NCBI GenBank assembly: GCA_964016885.1
Contig: OZ024748.1
Location: 41,292,001 to 41,356,000, forward strand
Length of the DNA stretch: 64,000 nt
Direction of reading: 5' to 3'
From: Eledone cirrhosa
Lineage: Eukaryota
The position numbers and the translations under genes are program-made. Below are positions 28,663 to 38,474 of this stretch, one piece after another. Numbering within the stretch: position 1 is the first letter of the stretch; each line of letters begins with the position of its first letter. The notes beneath the pieces were generated by a model, which saw only the letters and a list, made by a program, of their open reading frames with translations, was not told the origin of the DNA and did no database searches.

Positions 28663-28905
28663 TTTACCCATCTGCCAGATAGTTGAACGTTCGAAAGTAT
28701 ATACTTTCCTTATGAAAATTAACGGCTGAGCAGCCTAATTTGCATATTGAGTGAGTTAAATCGGTCAGGCATACCGAAAACGATAAGTTGAAAAAAAATG
28801 AAAACGAAAAACGAAATTTCATTTCTCACTCTTAGTATGGCACTTACTTAAATGTAAGTATGTATGTATACGTACATACATATATGTATACAGACATACA
28901 CTAGC

Positions 28906-28966
<61 letters not shown>

Positions 28967-29116
28967 CAGGCACACATATATATATGCACGTATCAGTTTA
29001 CCGAACATTTATTATAATGTTCGCTTTGATCGTTTGTAAACAAACGAACAGCCTGATTTACGCCGTACAGTGTTTAGGCAACCACGTCACCTTTTTGTTC
29101 AACACTGACACAGGAA

Positions 29117-29157
29117 CGATGTACTAGTTTCAAGCTTGTTAGCTATCGTCAGCACCG
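29117..29157 (-). ncRNA. minimal type I hammerhead ribozyme (unit 3)
   Basis: Same motif with CTGACGA; only the variable core position differs. Confidence 0.88.
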
Positions 29158-29406
29158 TATACCTTTCTGCCAGATAGCTGAACGTCCGAAAGTATATACT
29201 TTCCTTATGAAAATTAACGGCTGAGCAGCCTAATTTGCATATCGAGTGAGTTCAGTCGGCCAGGCGCACCGAGAACGATAAATGGAATAGAATGAAACGA
29301 ATTTGTACGTCTGTATACATATATGTATGTACGTATACATACATACTTACATTTAAGTAAGTGCCGTACTAAGAGTGAGAAATGAAATTTCATTTCATTC
29401 TATTCC

Positions 29407-29484
<78 letters not shown>

Positions 29485-29628
29485 CTACATACATACATAT
29501 ATACATACATACATTTACGTATGTATATAACTATGCATTTATACATTTGTATATATACATGCATTTATATTTAAGTGTGTAAGGTTATATATATATATAT
29601 GTGTGTGTGTGTATAATATATATATTAT

Positions 29629-29717
<89 letters not shown>

Positions 29718-29718
<1 letters not shown>

Positions 29719-29975
29719 GCAGTGTGACAAGAAGCTTGCTTCCCAACCACATATTTCCGGGTTCAGTCCCACTGCCCGAGCCGACCAAAGCCCTGGGAGT
29801 GGATTTGATAGACCGAAACTAAAAGAAGCCCGTCGTATATATGCATATATGTCTCTGTGTGTCTTTGCGTTTGTGTTTGCCCTCCCACCAATGCTTGTTT
29901 GGTTTGTTGACGTCCCCATAACTTACCAAGGCAATGCTCCAGCAGGGGCGTAGTCCAGATACAGAAAAAAAGTAA
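29718..29975 (+). mobile_element. tRNA-derived SINE, internally deleted
   Basis: B-box-like gggttcagtccc, then ccgaccaaagcc..gagtggattt..gaaact..aagaagcccgtcgtatat. Confidence 0.65.
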
Positions 29976-30100
29976 AACATATGTGTGTGTGTAGATGAGT
30001 GGTCTCAAACTCAAAGACACAAAAGGGCCATTACGTCCTGGAGGAGAGGCACAGTGGGCCAAACGTGGTGGTGGATGATGATTTTTACCAGTTATAATCA

Positions 30101-30305
30101 TTTCTACTATAGGAACAAGGCATGAAATTTAGGGTTTAGGGTTCAGTCGATTACATCGATCCTAGTACACAACTGGTATTCATCAACTCCAAAAGGATGA
30201 AAGGCAAAGTTGAGATCGGCGGAATTTGAACGCAGAACGTAAAAACGGAAGAAGTACCGTTAAGCATTTTGCCAGATGTGCTAACGATTCCACCAACTCA
30301 CCGCC
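30101..30305 (-). mobile_element. tRNA-derived SINE
   Basis: Minus strand gttcaaattccgccga...actttgcctttcatcctt; homologous to the 47030, 47249 and 55425 copies. Confidence 0.8.
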
Positions 30306-30326
30306 TTATTTTCATCAGTTATAATT

Positions 30327-30505
30327 GTTTCTACTTTTGGCACAAGGCCATCAATTACCCAGTGTATTACTGGTACTTTATTTTATCGACTCCGTAAGGA
30401 TGAAAGGCAAAGTTAACCTTGGCGGGATTTGAACTCAGAATGGCAAGGGCCGTAACTCAAAGTGTCAAAGCATGGCGTCCGACCCTCTACCGATACTGCC
30501 AATTC
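30327..30505 (-). mobile_element. tRNA-derived SINE
   Basis: Close reverse complement of 47249-47440. Confidence 0.8.
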
Positions 30506-30548
30506 CAGTTATAATGCAATATGAAATGTTCTACCACGGGCCACAGAA

Positions 30549-30668
30549 AAGTAGTTCACGGGCCGCATGTTTGAGCCCCCTGTTGGAGATAGATAGATAG
30601 ATAAATAGACGTGTACCAAAACTCACACAAATTTCTTACTCTCTCTGTCCCTCCCTCTTTCTCTCTTC

Positions 30669-30703
<35 letters not shown>

Positions 30704-30763
30704 GAGAGAAAGAGGCAGGGACAGAGAGAGTAAGAAATTTGTGTGTGTTTGGTACACGTCTAT

Positions 30764-30823
<60 letters not shown>
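30549..30823. repeat. fold-back around (TA)n whose right arm is split by the LINE and resumes at 36644-36748; includes a hAT-like TIR (cagggggctcaaacatgcggccc)
   Basis: The left arm 30549-30670 matches the reverse complement of 30699-30780 joined to 36700-36748. Confidence 0.85.
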
Positions 30824-31169
30824 TAATCTAGCTGTCGTCTGTTCTACAGTGTGGATGTCATTCACTTCGCACAGAAGTTTTGTTCAAATTTATTGAGGAA
30901 ATTTTGTGAGTTCAAACTTAATTTTGATACAATTGTGTAGCTTGACCCTCCGTCTGAACTGTCAGGCGGTGGGTCAGCTCATCTTTACCCCTCCTAGAGG
31001 TGAAAAACCTGTTTTAAAAAATTTTGTGTAAAAAATTTCAATCGTCTAACAGAAATGTTAAACGCAGCGAACGAAAATAGTGGTGGGGGGGACAGCGGTA
31101 AGAGTTGTAAGCTCGCACGCTTTAGTCCTCCCTTCCTTCCCAACTAACGTCATAGAGAAGGAAGGAAAA

Positions 31170-32957
31170 ATGAAAATAAAAACGGACGAATCTGCGGAGA
31201 AAAAATTAAATGACGAAAACATAAATCTGGACTTGGATTCCAACAACGAAAAAAAAAAATTTGAAAAATTGCATGACAATACTAATAACACAAACAAAGA
31301 CACAACAAACAAAAAAATAACAGTTGAAAATAACACCATACCAGAAAACAAAGCAGACGACAAGATTTCATTTGCACAGAAAACAAAGAAATCTTTGACT
31401 TATATAGCGGAAAACATTTCAGATGTGGTACGAAGGATCACGGACGCCAAACAATACATAAGTGAAGGTGAGAATGGTATTTTATCGGTAAAAATGCCTC
31501 AAGAATTCACGAAAGACATTGAAAGCCGAACAGTCAAGTTTCGGACCATCAACAACAGTACAAAAAAACCTGAACAGCCTTCTCAAGCAGATATCAAAAC
31601 AGTACTCACAGAAGTACTGAATGAAACAACTTTCATAAGAAAAGACAGACTGTATGGAAGCCTAGCAATTATCATGAAGAACGAATCGGCGGCAAAAAAA
31701 TGTGCTTTGTCACCGATTCGTTCGAAAAATTTCACCTTTTATCCATCTTATATGGGGAAAAGAACTCAACGCATATGGTTGGATGCAATGATGCCAGATG
31801 TGGACTACTGCTGGCTCATAGCTGGTTTCATCGATCCAGTGAATGACAACGTGATTTCCATTGGGAAAACCACAGGCAATGCGTTCAGTGGAACAGGTAT
31901 AGAGCTGGTAGTACAAATGAAGCCTGAACGCATCGCCCAAATACCCGACAGAATCCTATTAGAGGACCACGGGTATATAAACATTAGCGTGGAGGGGAGA
32001 AGGCCGTCCTGCCATATCTGTGCAGGCAGAGGGCACCTGAAGGCCGCTTGTCCCCAACTCAACAAAAAGAAAACCCTGCTACCAACACCAGCTCCACCAC
32101 CACCACCACAACAGATAAACAAACAACAAAACTCAGTCCCACCCAACCCGTCCCTCAGTAAAACCACAACACCACCACAACACAAACAGTCACAACACAT
32201 TACCCCAAAACAAAATACAGGCCCACCCAACCTCTCACTCAATAAAACAACACAACCACCGCAGACACAACACACAACACAGTCTAACATAGTGACATCC
32301 ATCTCCCCCACAAAGAAAACCAACACGGAAACATTACCAGCAAACATACCTCTTCCCTCCAACACTGAAGATAACCCAACGAATTCGGAGGAAGAAACGG
32401 AGTCCTTCAGACAGATTAAAAGGAAAAAAAGAAAACATGTGCAAAACACACAAGGACAAACAACCCCCACCCAAATCGCAACACAATCCAACAAAACAGA
32501 AAACACCCCTCCAGCAACAAACAAAACCAAACCTGCCCCTCCCCTCTTCGAAACACTCACACCATCGGAAAAAAAGACATTACACTATACTTACATCAAC
32601 AGAAACAACAATAAATTAAATGAACTCATATACAATAATCCTTCGGTACAAACCGAAGGTGTAAACTTTGTTTCGTCAGAAAACCACCCACATTTAAAAC
32701 TAATAAAAATCCCAATGAACCTCTACCAAAAACTAAAAAAGGATTTTAAGGAGGACGTAGGACCACCCTCTGTCAAACCCATAAACCGCGTCCTACTAAA
32801 AAGCTTTCCCCCTCCCCTTCCCCTCCCCAACACAACTCCAAACACCCCAACCCCACCACACACTGACGACCCCACACCACCACAAGACACCCCTTCACCC
32901 AACACCCCCGACCCCATGGAAGTCGTGCAACCCGAACCCCGGGAAGCGGAAAGGTAG
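31170..32957 (+). CDS. LINE ORF1 protein with CCHC zinc knuckle and Pro/Thr/Gln-rich tail
   Basis: CHICAGRGHLKAAC; lies directly upstream of ORF2. First in-frame ATG is at 31170. Confidence 0.85.
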   Translation: MKIKTDESAEKKLNDENINLDLDSNNEKKKFEKLHDNTNNTNKDTTNKKITVENNTIPENKADDKISFAQKTKKSLTYIAENISDVVRRITDAKQYISEGENGILSVKMPQEFTKDIESRTVKFRTINNSTKKPEQPSQADIKTVLTEVLNETTFIRKDRLYGSLAIIMKNESAAKKCALSPIRSKNFTFYPSYMGKRTQRIWLDAMMPDVDYCWLIAGFIDPVNDNVISIGKTTGNAFSGTGIELVVQMKPERIAQIPDRILLEDHGYINISVEGRRPSCHICAGRGHLKAACPQLNKKKTLLPTPAPPPPPQQINKQQNSVPPNPSLSKTTTPPQHKQSQHITPKQNTGPPNLSLNKTTQPPQTQHTTQSNIVTSISPTKKTNTETLPANIPLPSNTEDNPTNSEEETESFRQIKRKKRKHVQNTQGQTTPTQIATQSNKTENTPPATNKTKPAPPLFETLTPSEKKTLHYTYINRNNNKLNELIYNNPSVQTEGVNFVSSENHPHLKLIKIPMNLYQKLKKDFKEDVGPPSVKPINRVLLKSFPPPLPLPNTTPNTPTPPHTDDPTPPQDTPSPNTPDPMEVVQPEPREAER

Positions 32958-32990
32958 GTCTCTACACTCTCCTTTGGCTCTGCCGCCCAC

Positions 32991-35900
32991 ATGGATGTGT
33001 TAAGAGTAGGATGTTTGAATGCACGTGGCCTGGGCTCAACTTGGAAGCAAGCAAAGCTTCTAAATGACCTCAGGTCATGTAGTATAAATGTAATGGTTAT
33101 CTGTGAGACTCGAATCAGCGTCGTGCGGCAGCTGGCCCCCACCTTCGATGACTTTGAGGTGCATGCATCTCTCTGTCAACCTGGAGGTGGGGGTGGGGTT
33201 GTCGTACTGCTGAAAAAACACCTGGGTCTTGCCGTACAGGTTGTGCACTCGGACCCGGAGGGTCGTTTGTTGGTGCTAGACGTTGGCAGTAGTGAAAGTG
33301 CGGCCTTGAGACTGGTCGCCGTCTACTCCCCTTTCGGAGCTGAACGGCCCGACTTCTTCCAGCGTTTGGAGACTTTTCTGGGAACGTCGCGTTCCCTGCT
33401 TCTAGCGGGGGATTGGAATGACATCCTGGATGCACGTTGGGACTATGCAGGAGCATGTCCTAATAGAGGGGGGTGTAACAGCCTCAAGGGGTTACTCGAC
33501 CGTTTTAACTTGGTCGATAGATATCGACTAGATTTTCCAACTGTGCCTACCTGGACTTGGAGAAACCACAGTGGTCAATCTAGATCGTACTTAGATAGAT
33601 TCTTAGTTAGAAGTAAGGATAGGGACATATTAAGCTGTCCAGAAATGCGCACGGTTGGCTACACGGATCACAAATTAGTGACCTGCGTGGTCAATCTCGA
33701 GAAAACACATAGACAGGGTCCCGGTTACTGGAAACTTAATTTGTCTTTACCGGCAAAAGAGACTTACAGAAACCGGATTAGTAGATTAGTTAAGGAGAGG
33801 TTGACGGGTGCAATCGTCAACAACCGATGGTGGGCATCTCTCAAAAGAGAGATTAGAACAGAATCAATAAGTTATAGCAAGATGTTAGCTGCCGATAGGA
33901 ATAGAAACGAGAAAGAATTAACAGGTAAATTAGAAGAGGCAATCAAGAGCGAAGATGTGGCCAGAGTGCTGGCATCGAGGACGGCCTTGAACCAGTTTTT
34001 CGATGCAAAGCACGAAGGCTGCGTCATTCGAAGTAAAATACGTGCTCTAGGTAATGAGGGGGCCAAAGCCGTTGGATGGGCCCGCGTGACAGAAGCTAAG
34101 AGTGGAAATCGATCCACCATCCGGTCGTTGCAAGACGAAGATGGACGAGTGATCCGGGAGCCTAAGCAGATGTGCGAGGCCTTTCAAAAGCACTTTGCCC
34201 GATTGTTCGGGGGAGGCGAGGGTCCGGGCCGGGGCGTGGATTTCGGTCCATACCTCGACGGCCTGCCGCGTCTCTCGAACGAAGAGGCAGAGTCCTGCGA
34301 GGGACCAATCTCGGCTGATGAGATCGGAGATGCGCTGAGCCAATGCAGCAGACGCAAATCTCCAGGTCTCGATGGTATACCTTACGAACTTTATTTAGCA
34401 ATGCCGGTCTTCTTCTCCGAACTCCTCGAAGCGGTCTACTGCAATTGGCAGCAGAACGGGAGAATTCCTTGTTCTGTAGCCAAGGGCGTAGTCACGCTGG
34501 TGAGGAAGGACGAGAACAAGGGGGATAGTATAAATAATTTTCGGCCCATAACCCTGCTAAACACAGAGTTAAAGATTTTGGCCAAGGTGTTAGCAAAGAG
34601 GTTGGCGCTTGTCGTGGGTGGCCTGGTGGGAGATGCGCAGACATGTGCTATCCCATCCAGGTCCATTCACGATAACCTCCACCTCATGCGATACATCATA
34701 GAGAGGGTTGGCAACAAACCCGGCTTCGGTGGGGCCGTGATCAACTTGGATCAGTCTAAGGCCTTCGATAGAGTCGACCATGGTTACCTGGATGCGGTGC
34801 TAGCGGCGGCTGGGTTCGGTCCTGTTTTCAGAGGCTGGATCACTGCCCTACATAGCAACCACATCTGTTCTAGGATCAAGGTGAACGGCTACCTTTCGAA
34901 GCCGTTCGAAATCACACGATCCATTCGACAGGGGTGCCCTCTCTCCTCCCTTCTGTACGTATTGACTCTCGAGCCTTTACTGAGGAAGTTGGAGTTGTTG
35001 CAGGGTATCCCCCTGGAACCAGGATTGAGCAAAGCGGTGTCGGCCTACGCCGATGACGTAACAGTAATGGTATCAACCGACTCGGAGATCGAGGCGATCG
35101 GTACCTTACTGGAGGAGTACGAAAGGTTGTCAGGAGCGAAACTGAACCGGGAAAAATCCATCGGGCTGCAACTCGGAACGTGGAGAGGCAAACCGATGCC
35201 TCCTGACGGTGTCGTCGGACACTGGACGGAGGGCCCGGTAAAGTTGCTTGGGGTCTGGTTTGGACCGGACCTCCAGGTGGAAAAGAACTGGAACGAGGTT
35301 ACGAACAAGGTGTTTGCACTAACCCAGAAATGGGCCAAGTGTAAGCTGTCCCTAAAAGGCCGGGCGGAGGTGGCGAACATTTACATAGCGTCCGTCACTT
35401 ACTACCGCCTGACTGTCGTGCCTTGCCCTAAGGAAACACTCACCACCATGGAACGCATGCTCTTCCAATTTCTTTGGAAGAAGCGTCCTCCTATGGTGAG
35501 AAGATCCATCTGCTGCCAACAACCTTCGAAAGGAGGGCTGGGGATGCCGTGGTTGATGATGCGTAGGCACGCATTAAGGCTACGGCACCTACAGGTATTC
35601 CTCACTGGTCAACCGGTGTGGGCTCCGTTCGTGAAACGAGCCTTTCCGAGACTCGTCTCACTCACCGAGCTACAGTCCTGGGTCAAGCAAAGATCCGGAA
35701 AACTGGGAGACTGGCACACTGAGTGTGCTCAGGCGCTCAGGGCTCTCTGGCAAGCGGGCCAGGCCATCGGTGGAGAATCCACCTCATCATTCTATAGAGG
35801 GCTGGTGGCTAGCAGGGGCGATGACACCCTTGGAGAGTCGCTGGACATGGAAGAAGACGAACTGGCCAGCCTGTTCGGTAGGACTTTCGGCCCAGGACCA

Positions 35901-36428
35901 ATGGACAACTTCCAGAAGTCACTGGCCTGGCAGTGCTACCGAGGGGCTCTACCCGTTCGAGAGAGGCTCTACAGACACGGGCGCCCGGGCAGGGATCCCT
36001 AAAAAAAGATTTGCCCTAGATGCGTGCGTCACGAAGAAACCGTAGCGCACGCATTGGTGCAATGTCCGGGCGTGGCTGATCTGTGGGGCTACGCCGAACA
36101 ACTGCTGTCGCGGGTGGCGCCGATTAAATTGACCGCCGAGTCCGTGATGACAATCAAACCGCCTCCCCTCTTCACAAAGGAAGCAAAGGCGGTTTTTCTG
36201 TGCGTAATAGCCATGTTGAAAGAGGTTGTTTGGTGGACACGATTGAAAGGTCTGAGGTCAGGCAACTTCCTCTCTGGCCATAGTCTGGTCTACTTCTTCC
36301 GATATCACTTCGGAAGAAGGATAAGAATGGAGAGAGAGGTGCTTGGCCACAGGCAGTTTTATGAAAGGTGGGTGATAGTGGCGAGAATGGCTCGTGTAAA
36401 TGGGCCTTCTCTGTATACCATCCTGTAG
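32991..36428 (+). pseudogene. LINE ORF2 (APE endonuclease, RT, C-terminal zinc finger) with a single in-frame TAA at 36000-36002
   Basis: CLNARG, GDWN, YLDRF, TDH, SPGLDG, FRPITLLN, QSKAFDRV, RQGCPLS, YADD and CPRC..ETVAHALVQC. The sister copy has Ser at the stop position. Confidence 0.93.
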
Positions 36429-36642
36429 GTAAAGAAGTAAAGGAGAGGGGAGCACCTTCTCCATGTGCTCCCCGGGCAAAGGATTGCACACTTTTTCGGG
36501 GGTGTGTGCAACCCCCATCACGTCCCCTCCCTTTTGAGGTTATTTTCGATTATTTTCATGTTACACCCTTTTTACTCGATTATATGTAAACTCCCCCTTT
36601 GTATTTGTCCCTTCTTTTTATGCCTTTATGGTAAATAAAGAA

Positions 36643-36710
<68 letters not shown>

Positions 36711-36757
36711 CCAACAGGGGGATCAAACATGCGGCCCGTGAACAACTTTATATATAT

Positions 36758-37297
36758 ATATTGTTATACTTTGGGAGGGTCATGTTGCCAATAAGAAACA
36801 CACGCACCAGTCGCTTTCACTCCAAATTATTATAAATTAAATTTATAAATTTAAGAAATTTGTAAATTTCCGGTTGGTTGGTTGGTTCCACAACCGGACG
36901 GTTGTTCATATATTGTCAAAGTTCTTTCGTCACACATTCTGTGACCTCTTCAGTGACTGGGGATTCTTTTCTTTATTTTGTGCTTCTCCTTTATTCTGTC
37001 TTACGCCATCTTGTTTTTGTGTTACAAAACAAAGAAAAGAATCCCTAGTCCCTGAAGAGGTCACAGAATGTGTGACAAAAGAACTTTGACAATATATGAA
37101 CAACCGTCCGGTTGTGGAACCAACCAACCGAAAATTTACAAATTTCTTAAATTTATAAATTTTATTTATAATAAATTGGAGTGAAAGCAACTGGTGCGTG
37201 TGTTTCTTATTGGCAACATGACCCTCCCAAAGTATAACAATATCGGTTTCAACACACGTTTTCAGATAAAGAATCTTGCTAAACAAATTCAGAAACG

Positions 37298-37300
<3 letters not shown>
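36758..37300. mobile_element. inverted pLTR pair of a Penelope family related to 15541-20102
   Basis: Arms at about 36758-36981 and 37024-37243. The right arm continues as [27 protein letters not shown] (ATG 37218), matching the N-terminus of ORF 15569. Confidence 0.88.
36915..36957 (-). ncRNA. minimal type I hammerhead ribozyme
   Basis: gtca-CTGAAGA-g gtcaca gaatg tgtgac-GAAA-gaacTT-tgac. The plus-strand mate at 37048-37090 has GAAA changed to AAAA. Confidence 0.72.
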
Positions 37301-37344
<44 letters not shown>

Positions 37345-37422
37345 GTTGTTGAAAAGAGCAGTGGCAATAAAAACTGGAGACAAAATTCTTTCTGGACCAA
37401 AACCAAGGCACACACACACAGA

Positions 37423-37504
<82 letters not shown>

Positions 37505-37536
37505 TGTGCCTGTGTGTGTATGTGTGCATGCGCGTT

Positions 37537-37570
<34 letters not shown>

Positions 37571-37666
37571 TATGTATATATATATATAAGGAATACAGAT
37601 ATTTCTTTCTCACTGTCACCAAGCTTCTCAATTCATTCGTTGCTACTAAGTATTTTATTTTGCAAG

Positions 37667-37704
37667 GTACTATTTTTCCCCCGTGTTTGTGATTTCAGAG
37701 AAAG
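37667..37704 (+). CDS. candidate exon ending in a strong donor AAG|GTAAGA (phase 2); 5' boundary uncertain (37667, or a 6-nt microexon from 37699)
   Basis: Acceptor-like ttttattttgcaag or gatttcag; phase is compatible with the exon at 38350. Confidence 0.4.
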
Positions 37705-38349
37705 GTAAGAAATTCTTCATATTTTGCATCTTTTGTATTTTGACTTTACAGTTTGAATTGTAGAATTGTCTATCCACTCAAAATATTGCAACAGCTAACA
37801 GTGAAATATAGAATTTAAAAAAAAAAGAAGCTTTTTCGACTGAGATCAAATCTTTGAGAACATTCACGTCTATTTTTCAAAAATATATAATTTGAAATAG
37901 CTTGCTTTTGTTTTGGACTGAAACTTTTTGTATTTAATTCGCACGAGTATTTTTTAAAGATTCTAACATAACTTGATTTGGCCCAGTAATCTAATGATAT
38001 CAAAATCAGTAGTATATTGAAAAATGGAAAAATAGGGTAGGGGGCGTTTCGTGATTTCGAGGGGCAAAAGGGGGCGTTTGGCCGAAATGGGTTGAGAACC
38101 TTTGATGTACAGGTTTTGTGCAAGGAGAAGATCTGTAAAAAATTTCAAAGAAATTGCGTGAATGGTTTAGAATATATGAGCCCTCATTAAAAATTGTCCA
38201 CACACACATACACACACATACAGAAAACTTCGTCTTTATATATATACAGATGTATACACATACATACAAACACACATATGTATATATATATGTGTGTATG
38301 TATGTATGTGTGTATGCATATATGTGTGTATGTATGTATCTGTGGTTAG

Positions 38350-38474
38350 GACTTCATTCCAGAAGAAGGAAAACTCTGGTATAAAACCTGTGACTCGATG
38401 GCAGCCAATAATGTTGACCTATTCTTCTTTATGGATACCTGTCACCTTTGTTGAGAGAGTGGGACTGGTCCAGT
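38350..38474 (+). CDS. candidate exon (R)TSFQKKENSGIKPVTRWQPIMLTYSSLWIPVTFVERVGLVQ; its 3' end is the first satellite unit
   Basis: tggttag| acceptor and CAGT|gtaagg donor; phase 2 in and phase 1 out, matching both neighbouring candidates. Confidence 0.45.

Larger units (their letters stand above)
27844..29412 (-). mobile_element. tandem ~471-bp x3 hammerhead-containing array (non-LTR retrozyme-like) with terminal inversion
   Basis: Units start near 27844, 28312 and 28783, with one hammerhead per unit. 29304-29412 is an inverted copy of the unit start. Confidence 0.85.
30824..36643 (+). mobile_element. full-length L1-clade (Tx1-like) LINE inserted in (CTAT)n
   Basis: 5' UTR, ORF1, ORF2 and 3' UTR ending AATAAAGAAA, with (CTAT)n on both sides. 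Confidence 0.93.

Noticed and set aside
28058-28729. Duplicated 66-aa ORFs in the 471-bp units
   Set aside because: Non-ATG start, antisense to the ribozyme, not preserved in unit 3, and no recognisable motif.
38085-38104. hAT-like TIR (gggttgagaacctttg)
   Set aside because: No matching partner end or 8-bp target duplication found.
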